A stretch of 64,000 nucleotides of DNA from Chloroflexia bacterium (GTDB taxonomy: Bacteria > Chloroflexota > Chloroflexia > Thermomicrobiales > CFX8), in contig JAUIIK010000001.1 in assembly GCA_030431755.1 (NCBI GenBank), positions 42,184 to 106,183 of the forward strand, in the 5' to 3' direction. This document shows, piece after piece, positions 16,855 through 25,893 of this stretch. A program made the position numbers and the translations under genes. The notes beneath the pieces were generated by a model. That model was given only the letters and a program-made list of their open reading frames with translations, was not told where the DNA came from and searched no databases. Numbering within the stretch: position 1 is the first letter of the stretch; every line of letters begins with the position of its first letter.

Positions 16855-16935
16855 GTAGGGGCGTGATTCATCACGCCAACGCTGCGATCCATGCGTACGT
16901 TCGAGGGAAGCGGCTGCATGGGTCCACGCCCTTAC
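16855..16935. repeat. Nested stem-loop module (local GGCGTGA-TTCA-TCACGCC hairpin, CCATGC/GCATGG stem, long-range GTAGGGGCGTG/CACGCCCTTAC pairing)
   Basis: Complementarities read directly. Lies in a 426-bp convergent spacer of lower GC. Confidence 0.45.
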
Positions 16936-17012
16936 CGACGTTTGTCAGTCTATGCCACCAACAAAACGAAACAGTATGGGGCTCTCTAGAGGACTCAACA
17001 AGTACCAAGCTT

Positions 17013-17108
17013 GTCATTTCGACCAGCGGGAGAATCTCAGTCGAACACCAGCGAAGCGCTGCACTGAGATTTCACGCACCCACGACGTGGGTCCCTGCTC
17101 GAAATGAC
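17013..17108. repeat. 96-nt imperfect palindromic element of the 'GTCATTTCGA...TCGAAATGAC' type (REP/MITE-like or structured RNA)
   Basis: Outer arms GTCATTTCGACCAGCGGGA / TCCCTGCTCGAAATGAC. Inner arms AATCTCAGT / ACTGAGATT. Two small internal hairpins (CAGCG-AAG-CGCTG and ACCCAC-GAC-GTGGGT). Confidence 0.5.
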
Positions 17109-17231
17109 AGATTCGTTGCGGTTGAGTTGCCCAGCGACGTGAGACGATTCCTTCACATCGCCTGTGACACATGATTTAGCCGATGATCCGGGGCTTCCCG
17201 AATGACTCACCAGCTCGCGCGTGACTGCCTG

Positions 17232-17804
17232 CTAGACGGGTTCCAGGTGTTGGTGGGGGTGGGCCGGCAACGACGGCGCGATCACATCGCCTGAGCGAAC
17301 TTCCCCGCCGGTTACCACGACACCCATCACGCCGGCCTTACGGACGAGATTGCCGTCTTCGTCGCGGTCCAGCACTGCCATCATCAGGCCTGCCTGTATC
17401 GATTCCAGCTGGGCGCAGGGATTCCGCAACCCGGTGACTTCGACCACTACCTCAGCCCCGATGCGCAGGCGCGTTCCAGTCGGCAATGCAAGCAGGTCGA
17501 TGCCACGGGTGGTAATGTTCTCGCCCATCTGTCCCGGAGCAATGGGAAATCCCACAGCCGCGAGTTCGTCGAACAGCTCGGCGTGAATCAGATGTACCTG
17601 GCGCAGGTTTGGTTGCGTCGGGTCCTGCCGCACTCGCGAGCGGTGTTTCACAGTCTCGCCCATGTGAGCATCGCCCTCTACACCGAGCCCCGCGAGTAGC
17701 CGTATAACCCGCTCATTCGGCTTCGACAGCGTGTGCGCGCCGCTGCGGCTAACCGCGATGACCTCTCCGCATGCGTTTGCTTCCAGATCGGTCACGCTCA
17801 CCAT
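17232..17804 (-). CDS. MOSC domain-containing protein (YiiM-like)
   Basis: 190 aa with GLGVEGDAHMGETVKHRSR..NLRQVHLIHAELF and GENITTRGIDL motifs typical of MOSC domains. Confidence 0.8.
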   Translation of the reverse strand: MVSVTDLEANACGEVIAVSRSGAHTLSKPNERVIRLLAGLGVEGDAHMGETVKHRSRVRQDPTQPNLRQVHLIHAELFDELAAVGFPIAPGQMGENITTRGIDLLALPTGTRLRIGAEVVVEVTGLRNPCAQLESIQAGLMMAVLDRDEDGNLVRKAGVMGVVVTGGEVRSGDVIAPSLPAHPHQHLEPV

Positions 17805-18090
17805 CCTCTGCTGCTAGCGGCGGGCCAATCCCGCGCTCAATCAGTCCACCTCGCGCGACTATAGACAATCCATCGAGGCCACGCCAAAGACGTTAACGCG
17901 CCTGAGGGCTGGTCGTCCAACAGTTGAGAAATTTGGCTTCACTGTTGCAGGATCATAGACTTACCTCTAGTATGAAGCGCGACGGGGGAATGAATCATCG
18001 CGTCCGAATTTTCTACCAGGGGGTCGAAGCCAGAGGCTTTGTGGCCCTGTCCATGTCGGGCGAACGGTCGATCGCGGAAGGGCATCCAAC

Positions 18091-21000
18091 GTGCTGATTC
18101 GAATACTGACATTGTTCGCGCTGGTCGTGCCAATGTTCGCGGGTCTGGCCGTTGCGCCCGCCGCCAACGCGCAGGCCACGCCGGTCCGGTTCTTCGTCGA
18201 AGGTCCTGAGCGCGTCGACGTCGATAGCCCGATCGAGTTGCGCATCGGCGTGGACGGGGTGGAGAACCTGGCCGGATTCGAAGCTGTCGTGCTCTTTGAC
18301 ACCAACGCGGCGGTCTTCCGCGGGCATGAGCTGCGCGGCAGCGATCTCGCCCGCAACGGCCGGAGCGTGGCCCCGCTATCGGCCGTCGAACAGGACTACG
18401 GCATCGCCATTGGCGCGTACACCTGCTCGGCCAGCTCCTGTCTCAACGAACAGGTCGGCAACACGGAGTCCGGCAAGGACGGCCGGGTCAACCTCGGCTC
18501 GATCTCGCTGTTGACCGTGCTCGAAGGGCAGCTAGAGATCTCAATCGCGGCGATCAAGCTCGTGAACGCACGCGGCGAGGAGATCGGCCCGGCGCTGCCG
18601 GCCTTCAATTTGCGTATCAGCGTCGGCGAAAGCGGCGCGCGCGGGAGTCGCTTCGCCGCGCCAGCGCCGCCCTGGAAGCTCAAGCCGGATCCGGGCCTGG
18701 CGCGCAACTACGACATCGTCGCTGACAGCGTCGTCTCCTACGCGGACGCGGCTGAGGTCGCCGTGGCCTGGGTTGACCAGCGCGAACAGCGCAATCCCTG
18801 TCGCTCGCTCTGGGACGCGCGTATCGACGTCAACGGCGATGGCTGCGTCGATGTCGCCGATATCCAGCTCGTCGCCGCGAACTTCGGCAAAGCCACGAAT
18901 GACAGCGACGGCCCGCCGGACAATGGCCGCGATCAAACCGGCGCGGAGCTGGCACAGGGCGGCACGACATTCGTCGTCAACTCAACCGGCGATGAAGATG
19001 ACAACAACATCGGCAACGGCGTCTGCCAGACGCCGGCCGGCACCTGCACCTTGCGAGCGGCGATCCGCGAAGCCAACACCAGTCCCGGCCCAAACACGAT
19101 CGCCTTCAACATTCCCGGTGGCGGCGTCCAGCGCATCCAGGTGACCAAGCAGCTGCCGGCGCTTGGCGACCAGAGCGGCGGGACGACGATCGACGGCTAC
19201 ACACAACCGGGCGCGTCGGTCAATACGGCTGCGTTGGCCAGCAATGCCAACCTGCGCGTCGAGCTGCGCGGTGGCGGCGAAGACCAGTACGTCGCGATTA
19301 AGATCACGTCATCCAACAACGTCATCCGTGGTCTGTCCCTGTTCCGCTTCCGCAAGGCGATCTGGATCTTCGGTAGCGGCGCGTCGAACAATACTCTGAT
19401 CGGCAACTTCATCGGTACAGACGCTGCCGGTAGCTACGTGTCGCCGGTAATCCAGGGCGCCGGCCATGGCGTTCATATCGAGCAGGGCGCGCATGACAAC
19501 GTCATTGGCCGGCCGAATCTGGCCGACCGCAACGTCGTCTCCGGTAATGGCCGCCACGGCATCGGCATCTGGCACGCCCCGAGCAACGACAACGTCATCC
19601 AGAACAACATCGTCGGCCTGAGCCCGGCGGGTACCGCAGCCCGTCCCAACCGCAAGCACGGCATCGACATCAACTACGGCTCGGCCAACAATCTCATCGG
19701 CGGTGCGGGCGCGAACCAGCGCAACGTATCATCCGGCAACGACGACACCGGCGTCGAGATCTCGCACCTCGAATCGACGAGCGGCAATCAGGTCATCGGA
19801 AACTTCATCGGCTCCGACCTGACCGGCAACGGCGCGCCGGGCTACACGGCCAACCAGGGACGCGGCATCATGATGGAAGACGGCGTCCGCAACAACATCA
19901 TCGAAGGCAACGTCATCGTCAACAGCCAGCAAGCCGCCGGCATCGAGGTCCGCCACGACTACACCTCCGGCAACATCATCCGCGACAACCGTATCGGCAT
20001 CACGCTCAATGGCACAGCCGCGCCGAACCCAACCGGCATCGATGTCAACGGGAACAACACCCAGGTTGGGCCGGACAACACCATCGCCTTCAATCTCTTC
20101 GCCGGGATCAACCTCGGCACGGACACCGGCGACTTCAACACGATCACCCGTAACTCGATCTTCTCGAACGCCGGTCTCGGCATAAACATCGCTCCGGGCG
20201 GCGTCAACCCCAACGATCCGGGGGATGGCGACACCGGGCCGAATGAGGGGCTGAACTTCCCGGTGCTGAATCCGCCGACCACGTCGACGGCTACCGGCGC
20301 TGCCTGCGCCAACTGCGTCGTCGAGATCTTCGAGGCAGACAGCGCCGCCGGACAGCATGGCGAGGGCATGACCTTCGTTGCCAGCGCCAACGCCAACGGA
20401 TCGGGCGCGTTCTCGGTTGCGATCGGCGGACTCTCGCCGGGCACGGTTCTGACGGCAACGGCAACGGACCAGACCGGCAACACGTCGGAATTCGCCCAGA
20501 ACGTCGCCATCACCGGATCAAGCTCGCGGATTAAGGACATGACCTTCGAGAATGGCGCGGTCCAGCATCCAATCACTGGCGCTGACACCGACTTCGGGCC
20601 GATTTCAGCCGTCGCGCCTGGTTCTATCTCCGGCAACTTCTCAGCGGCCGTCGACACCAACACCTTCACCCGCGCCTACCTCCAGGAGGACTTCGCGGTC
20701 GCCGCCGACCTCTACGTCGCGTTCGAGTTCCGCATCGACGACCTGCCGGCAACGAACCTGCGCATATTCGAGATCTACAACCTGGGTTCGCTTGCAGGGA
20801 ACATCGGCCTGAGCTCTAACGGCGTGCTCACGCTGCGCTTTGGCTCAACCTTTATCGGTCAATCTGCCCCGTTGCAGGAAGGTCAGGTCTACCGCATCGG
20901 CATCCACCAGCAACGCGGAACCGGCGGCAACGCGGTGCTGGAAGCCTTTGTCGTACAGGGCGCCGGCGGCTTCGGCGCACCGTTTGCGTCAACGAGCTCA

Positions 21001-21108
21001 GGCAACTGGACGACGTTTGCGAACCGCATCCGGCTGGGAACGACCACCTCGACGATCTTTGAGGCAACGATTGACAACGTCTCGCTCGACACCGCCATGA
21101 TGCCTTGA
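18091..21108 (+). CDS. Secreted multidomain protein: signal peptide, cohesin-like domain, dockerin-like EF-hand repeat, long right-handed parallel beta-helix, C-terminal lectin/LamG-like domain
   Basis: Signal peptide ..AGLAVAPAANAQA. Cohesin-like segment (IELRIGVDGVENLAGFEAVVLFD). DVNGDGCVDVADIQLVAANFG (18823-18888). CTLRAAIREAN motif followed by many N/G-rich PbH1-type repeats. Confidence 0.8.
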   Translation: MLIRILTLFALVVPMFAGLAVAPAANAQATPVRFFVEGPERVDVDSPIELRIGVDGVENLAGFEAVVLFDTNAAVFRGHELRGSDLARNGRSVAPLSAVEQDYGIAIGAYTCSASSCLNEQVGNTESGKDGRVNLGSISLLTVLEGQLEISIAAIKLVNARGEEIGPALPAFNLRISVGESGARGSRFAAPAPPWKLKPDPGLARNYDIVADSVVSYADAAEVAVAWVDQREQRNPCRSLWDARIDVNGDGCVDVADIQLVAANFGKATNDSDGPPDNGRDQTGAELAQGGTTFVVNSTGDEDDNNIGNGVCQTPAGTCTLRAAIREANTSPGPNTIAFNIPGGGVQRIQVTKQLPALGDQSGGTTIDGYTQPGASVNTAALASNANLRVELRGGGEDQYVAIKITSSNNVIRGLSLFRFRKAIWIFGSGASNNTLIGNFIGTDAAGSYVSPVIQGAGHGVHIEQGAHDNVIGRPNLADRNVVSGNGRHGIGIWHAPSNDNVIQNNIVGLSPAGTAARPNRKHGIDINYGSANNLIGGAGANQRNVSSGNDDTGVEISHLESTSGNQVIGNFIGSDLTGNGAPGYTANQGRGIMMEDGVRNNIIEGNVIVNSQQAAGIEVRHDYTSGNIIRDNRIGITLNGTAAPNPTGIDVNGNNTQVGPDNTIAFNLFAGINLGTDTGDFNTITRNSIFSNAGLGINIAPGGVNPNDPGDGDTGPNEGLNFPVLNPPTTSTATGAACANCVVEIFEADSAAGQHGEGMTFVASANANGSGAFSVAIGGLSPGTVLTATATDQTGNTSEFAQNVAITGSSSRIKDMTFENGAVQHPITGADTDFGPISAVAPGSISGNFSAAVDTNTFTRAYLQEDFAVAADLYVAFEFRIDDLPATNLRIFEIYNLGSLAGNIGLSSNGVLTLRFGSTFIGQSAPLQEGQVYRIGIHQQRGTGGNAVLEAFVVQGAGGFGAPFASTSSGNWTTFANRIRLGTTTSTIFEATIDNVSLDTAMMP

Positions 21109-22118
21109 GCGCCGGGCAGTCCCAGACCGCGCCGACGCTCTACACGGTCGGCGGCAAACAGCGCCAGGCACGGACGTTGAGCGAGCGCGAGGTCGACTGG
21201 TACCGCTTCGGCCAGGGCTTGATCCTTGAGGTCGAGCCTGACACGGGGGATACACGCGAGGTGGTCTCCTACGTCTCACCGCCGGATGTCTGCGCCCCGG
21301 ATGACCCGGCTATTCTCTTCAAGGGCGCGGCGCTGTGCGGCGACGAGATGTACGTCTGCACGCCGACCGAGGTGCTCGTCTACGAACTACCCGGATTCGA
21401 GCTTCGCAGGTACATCTCGCTGCCGGCGTTCAACGATCTGCATCACGCGCGGCCAGACTCGCACGGCAACCTGCTCGTGGCAGTCACTGGTCTCGATCTC
21501 GTGTTGGCCATAGATCAGGCGAACTCGATCAGCGATTACTGGAGCGTTGCCGCCGGCCACAACGCGAGCCACCATATCGGCTCGTCGGTCGACTTCCGGC
21601 TGGTGGCCAGCACGAAACCGCACATGGCCCACCCCAACCAGCTCTTCTTGATCGACGACGAGCCCTGGGTGACGCGTTTCGAGCAGCGGGATGCGGTGAG
21701 CCTGCGATCTCCCGCGCGGCGCATCAACATCGGCTGCGAGCGCGTACACGATGGCTATGTCGACGGCGGCTGGGTCTACTTCACGACTGTCGACGGCCGC
21801 ATTGCCGTGGCGTCGACGACAACGCTGATCGTTGAAGACGTACTGGATCTCAACGAGATGTCCGGGACGTTGCTGGGCGATCGGCATCTCGGCTGGTGCC
21901 GGGGACTGTACATTGACGGCCCGCGCGCGTGGGTCGGCTTCTCGCGGCTGCGCCTGTCGCGGGTGCGCGCCAATCTCTCCTGGGTGCGTTGGGGCTTCAA
22001 ACCGTTCGCGCCGACCCGTATTGCCTGCTACGACCTCGAGCGCCGCTGCCTCGTCCACGAGGTCGACTTGCAGCGGCACGGCCTCGACGCCATCTTCAGC
22101 ATTCTGCCGGCCAGCTAG
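21105..22118 (+). CDS. Hypothetical protein (beta-rich, possibly propeller-like), coupled to the upstream secreted protein
   Basis: 337-aa ORF. The TTG start overlaps the upstream TGA (TTGA at 21105-21108). Composition is coding-like. No motif I can name with confidence. Confidence 0.55.
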   Translation: MSAGQSQTAPTLYTVGGKQRQARTLSEREVDWYRFGQGLILEVEPDTGDTREVVSYVSPPDVCAPDDPAILFKGAALCGDEMYVCTPTEVLVYELPGFELRRYISLPAFNDLHHARPDSHGNLLVAVTGLDLVLAIDQANSISDYWSVAAGHNASHHIGSSVDFRLVASTKPHMAHPNQLFLIDDEPWVTRFEQRDAVSLRSPARRINIGCERVHDGYVDGGWVYFTTVDGRIAVASTTTLIVEDVLDLNEMSGTLLGDRHLGWCRGLYIDGPRAWVGFSRLRLSRVRANLSWVRWGFKPFAPTRIACYDLERRCLVHEVDLQRHGLDAIFSILPAS

Positions 22119-22160
22119 ACACTGCGGCTGCGTGATCGACCTCAATGTGTGCGGCGCGGT

Positions 22161-22985
22161 CTAGAGGACGGCTGGGAGGACTACCAGCATCGAGATCGTC
22201 ATAAGGGCGTGAGCGCCGACCGGCCCCCAGAGCGATCCGGTCCAGTAGCGGCCGAAGCCAAACAGCAACCCGGCGACGAATGCAATCAGCACGGCAGCCG
22301 GCGAGCGACTACCGGTGTAGAGCACCGCAAAGAGCAGCCCGGACCAGACGACGCCGATCCAGCCAAGGGTCGAGCTGAGCGGCGACTGAAACATCCCGTG
22401 GATCAGCAGCTCCTCTACCAGCGCCGAGCAGACGAGCAGGACCAGGCCGAAGGCGACAATTTGGACGATGCTCGGGTTCTCGACGAGTGGCCGCGGCTCC
22501 ACCATGATGTAGCCAACGTATCCCAGCGCAGCCCCGGCCGGCAGGAGGGCCAGTTCCACCGGCGTGAATGAGCCGGTCAAACCTAGCTGCCGCAGATTGA
22601 TCGTGCCGGAGTAGATGAGCACCACCGCGGCCAGCAATCCCGTTGTTCCCGCGCCCACGTACCAGACCACAGGCGACGTCGACGCCATCGGCAATGCCAG
22701 GCTCGCAATGCGCACGATTGCAGTCGAAAGCAGCGCAAATGCGACCACCCGCCGCCCGCCGCCGGTGGCGGACAGCGCGACATGGCACGCCAGGCTGAAC
22801 GCGCCTACGGCATACATGCTCGCGCCGTAGAGCGGACTCACAAAGGTCGCTAGCACCTCGGCCACAATCGCGAACTGAATCGCCACCGCGACGTATGCGG
22901 TGAGCGACGCTCTGCTGTCCAGGCGACCAATGCCCAACCGTGGTTCAGGTCTTGATGCCGGCGTGGTTGAAAGCGGTGTGTTCAT
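22161..22985 (-). CDS. CPBP (CAAX/Abi) family intramembrane protease-like protein with variant catalytic motifs
   Basis: Polytopic. Motif 1 is EELLIHG (usual EExxxR), motif 2 is FAVLY (usual FxxxH), motif 3 is HALMT. ATG at 22985 forms an ATGA overlap with the upstream gene, so it is preferred over 23027. Confidence 0.6.
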   Translation of the reverse strand: MNTPLSTTPASRPEPRLGIGRLDSRASLTAYVAVAIQFAIVAEVLATFVSPLYGASMYAVGAFSLACHVALSATGGGRRVVAFALLSTAIVRIASLALPMASTSPVVWYVGAGTTGLLAAVVLIYSGTINLRQLGLTGSFTPVELALLPAGAALGYVGYIMVEPRPLVENPSIVQIVAFGLVLLVCSALVEELLIHGMFQSPLSSTLGWIGVVWSGLLFAVLYTGSRSPAAVLIAFVAGLLFGFGRYWTGSLWGPVGAHALMTISMLVVLPAVL

Positions 22986-23239
22986 AGCCAGTTGAGGATA
23001 GTCATGATGCGCACCGCGATAATGCATCCGGCAACAAAGGCAAGCGGCAGAATCGCAACATAGAGTCCGGTTGGTGGACTGGCTGGACCGTCAGCCGTGC
23101 GGTAGGCGCGCAGCGCTTCGTTCAACACCAGCAGCGCAAGCAGCAGCAGCACCGGGACGAGCGCGGTTTCAGTCGAGAGCACGGAGAGAGCCGAACCCTC
23201 TGCCGTCCGGTAGGACGTTTCGTTGATCGTGCCAGTCAA
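22982..23239 (-). CDS. Small two-TM membrane protein
   Basis: 85 aa with two hydrophobic helices. TTGA overlap upstream and ATGA overlap downstream. Confidence 0.45.
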   Translation of the reverse strand: MTGTINETSYRTAEGSALSVLSTETALVPVLLLLALLVLNEALRAYRTADGPASPPTGLYVAILPLAFVAGCIIAVRIMTILNWL

Positions 23240-23649
23240 TGCTGCGCTCCTTGCGGCTCCGACGGCGGTCCACGTAGCGCCGCCAATGCGACCAGCACTA
23301 GTGTCAGCGCCGCCAGACCAAAGAAGACCAGCTCGGGTTCCCAGATGCCGGCATAGAGCAGCGAGCCGGCCAGGATGATATTTGCTGCGATGCTCGTCGC
23401 AATCGCGAAGACCAGTGTTCCCGCCAGTCCTTGGATACCGAGCGCCCGCGCCAGGGCCAGTCCAGGCGCGGCCAACATGAAACCCAACAGGACTACGACC
23501 CGGAGCGGGGACTGCCGGTCGTCGATCACAAGCGCGAGCGCCAGGGCTGTGAGCAGCATGATGCCCCAGAGCCAGAATGCCCCGGGCGCATGGAGATAGC
23601 CATTGGCTGTCCGCTTGATCAACTGCTCCAACCTTCGCCGTCCAGACAT
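23236..23649 (-). CDS. Four-TM membrane protein, function unknown
   Basis: 137 aa with a basic N-terminus followed by four hydrophobic helices. First gene of a coupled three-gene set, divergent from wzm. Confidence 0.5.
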   Translation of the reverse strand: MSGRRRLEQLIKRTANGYLHAPGAFWLWGIMLLTALALALVIDDRQSPLRVVVLLGFMLAAPGLALARALGIQGLAGTLVFAIATSIAANIILAGSLLYAGIWEPELVFFGLAALTLVLVALAALRGPPSEPQGAQH

Positions 23650-23718
23650 CGCGCGACGATCATCAGAGACATTCTATACGCTTCCGTAGATACATACTAT
23701 TCGTGAGATACTTCGGGC

Positions 23719-24609
23719 ATGAAATCTCTCGATGCCCCGCACGATAGTCGCGCCCAATACTCGCACACCGCAGGCCTCCAGACTGCTGGCGACGACGTTA
23801 CAACAGTCCGCGCAACCGACGGCGTGACGGTGGCCGTTCTCGGCGAGGCGCTGAAGTATCGGGAGCTGCTGGGCTTTCTCGTCTGGCGTGATATCAAGAT
23901 CCGCTACAAACAGACTGCGCTCGGCGGCGCGTGGGCGATTCTCCAGCCGCTGCTATCGATGGCGATCTTCAGCGTCGTCTTCGGTCGGCTGGCGGGATTG
24001 GACAGCGACGGCGTACCCTATCCGCTATTCGCCTACGCGGCGCTCGTGCCCTGGACCTATTTCTCAACGGCTGTCAGCCAGGCCGCTAGCAGTCTCGTCG
24101 ACCAGGAACGCCTGCTCACCAAGGTCTACTTCCCCCGTGCCCTGATGCCGGCTGCGCCGGTCGCCGGCGGGCTGCTCGATTTCGCAGTCGCCTTCGCCCT
24201 CTTGCTTCTGATGCAAGCGTTCTATGGGATCACGCCGGGCTGGGGCATCGTCGCTTTGCCGTGCTTCCTGGCGCTCGCCGTCGCCGCTGCGCTCGGCATC
24301 GGTTTCTGGCTCGCTGCCTTGAACGTCGAATACCGCGACGTGCGCTACGTCGTGCCTTTCTGCCTTCAAGCGCTCTTGTTCGCAACTCCCGTCGCCTACT
24401 CCAGCTCGCTCGTGCCGGAACGCTGGCGTCCGCTCTTCGGGCTGAACCCGATGGCGGGCGTCATCGAGGGCTTTCGCTGGAGTCTGTTCGACCTGCCAGG
24501 TCCGTCGTGGGCGATGATCGCGGTCTCACTTGCTACCACTATCGGTCTGCTCGGCAGCGGCTACCTCTACTTCGCGCGCATGGAGCGTACCTTTGCTGAC
24601 CGCATCTAG
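23719..24609 (+). CDS. wzm: ABC-2 type polysaccharide/O-antigen exporter permease (Wzm/TagG/RfbA-like)
   Basis: LKYRELLGFLVWRDIKIRYKQTALGGAWAILQPLL is the canonical Wzm N-terminal signature. Six predicted TM segments. Confidence 0.85.
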   Translation: MKSLDAPHDSRAQYSHTAGLQTAGDDVTTVRATDGVTVAVLGEALKYRELLGFLVWRDIKIRYKQTALGGAWAILQPLLSMAIFSVVFGRLAGLDSDGVPYPLFAYAALVPWTYFSTAVSQAASSLVDQERLLTKVYFPRALMPAAPVAGGLLDFAVAFALLLLMQAFYGITPGWGIVALPCFLALAVAAALGIGFWLAALNVEYRDVRYVVPFCLQALLFATPVAYSSSLVPERWRPLFGLNPMAGVIEGFRWSLFDLPGPSWAMIAVSLATTIGLLGSGYLYFARMERTFADRI

Positions 24610-24622
24610 GCACAACCGCACG

Positions 24623-25864
24623 GTGATAACGGCGCGCGGTCTCGGCAAGCAGTACCAACTTGGCGGACGCGACAACTACCGGGCGCTCCGCGATGTCCTG
24701 ACGGATTCGACACGCAAGCTCTTTTCCCGCAGCGCTGACCAGCATGATGTCAAGGACAATATCTGGGCGCTGCGAGAGGTGAGCTTCGACATTCGCCAGG
24801 GCGAGATCGTCGGGGTGATTGGTCACAATGGCGCGGGCAAGAGCACATTGCTCCGTATCCTCTCGCGCATCACCCACCCAACGACCGGAGAGTTCAGCTT
24901 TCGCGGCCGCATTGGCTCGCTGCTCGAGGTCGGGACCGGATTCCACCCGGAGCTGACCGGCGGCGAGAACATCTACCTGAGCGGCGCGATCCTCGGCATG
25001 TCGCGCGATGAGATCCGTGCCCGCTTCGACGAGATCGTCGCCTTCGCCGAAATCGAGCCGTTCGTGGACACACCGGTGAAACGCTTCTCAACCGGCATGT
25101 ACATGCGGCTGGCCTTCGCGGTCGCCGCCCATCTCGATACGGATATCCTGCTCGTTGATGAGGTTCTGGCGGTGGGCGATGCGCGCTTCCAGCAGCGCTG
25201 CATCGGCGCGCTTGAGAATGCGGCCTTCGAGCATGGGCGCACGGTGCTCCTGGTCAGCCATAACATGGCAACGATTGAGAAGCTCTGCGGACGCGCGCTG
25301 CTGATCGATCACGGTCGGCTCGCTGTCGACGGCAGTCCAACGGAGGCGCTCGAAGCCTATCTCGCAGACGTCCCGACGGCGAGCAAACCCGGTGAGTGGA
25401 TCGACCTTGGCGACGCGCGCAGATCTGGGAGCGGCGAGGCGCGCTTCATCGCGCTGCGCTACTCCGCCGGCAGCGTTGAGCAGCAGCGGCGTGTGCAGCC
25501 CGGCGCGTCAATCGCCATCGATCTCCGCATCAACACCAAGCAGGCCATGACAGTCAACCACCTCGCTGTATCGATCACCGATCGGCGGAGCACGAAGCTG
25601 ATCCATGCCGATGTCGCCCAATCCGGTGATTTCATCAGGCTCGACGAAGGCAACAACGTCTTTCGCGTGTCGCTGCCGTCACTGGCGCTCAATCCGGGTC
25701 GCTATGCGCTTGAGCTGCGGCTTGCGCGGCGGCGCAACAGCGTCGTCGACGCGCTCGAGCCAGCGATCGAATTCGACGTATTCAGCCCTGATGGCGCTGA
25801 TGCCGTGGACCCCACCGAGCACGGCTACCTCTGGACAGCAGCTACCTTCGACCGCATCACGTAG
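24623..25864 (+). CDS. wzt: Polysaccharide ABC exporter ATP-binding protein with C-terminal glycan-binding beta-sandwich (Wzt-like)
   Basis: Walker A GHNGAGKST, signature FSTGMYMRLAFA, Walker B ILLVDEVLAVGD. A ~170-aa C-terminal extension (..RRSGSGEARFIALRYS..) resembles the Wzt C-terminal domain. GTG 24623 gives the usual short N-terminus (VITARGLGKQY). Confidence 0.85.
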   Translation: MITARGLGKQYQLGGRDNYRALRDVLTDSTRKLFSRSADQHDVKDNIWALREVSFDIRQGEIVGVIGHNGAGKSTLLRILSRITHPTTGEFSFRGRIGSLLEVGTGFHPELTGGENIYLSGAILGMSRDEIRARFDEIVAFAEIEPFVDTPVKRFSTGMYMRLAFAVAAHLDTDILLVDEVLAVGDARFQQRCIGALENAAFEHGRTVLLVSHNMATIEKLCGRALLIDHGRLAVDGSPTEALEAYLADVPTASKPGEWIDLGDARRSGSGEARFIALRYSAGSVEQQRRVQPGASIAIDLRINTKQAMTVNHLAVSITDRRSTKLIHADVAQSGDFIRLDEGNNVFRVSLPSLALNPGRYALELRLARRRNSVVDALEPAIEFDVFSPDGADAVDPTEHGYLWTAATFDRIT

Positions 25865-25893
25865 CGCTTACACCCACGACCAAGTGGCCAGGC

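Noticed and set aside
16863-17174. 103-aa ORF inside the convergent spacer
   Set aside because: It spans the palindromic modules. It has atypical composition for this genome, no SD and no recognisable motif. The sequence is better explained as structured or repeat DNA.
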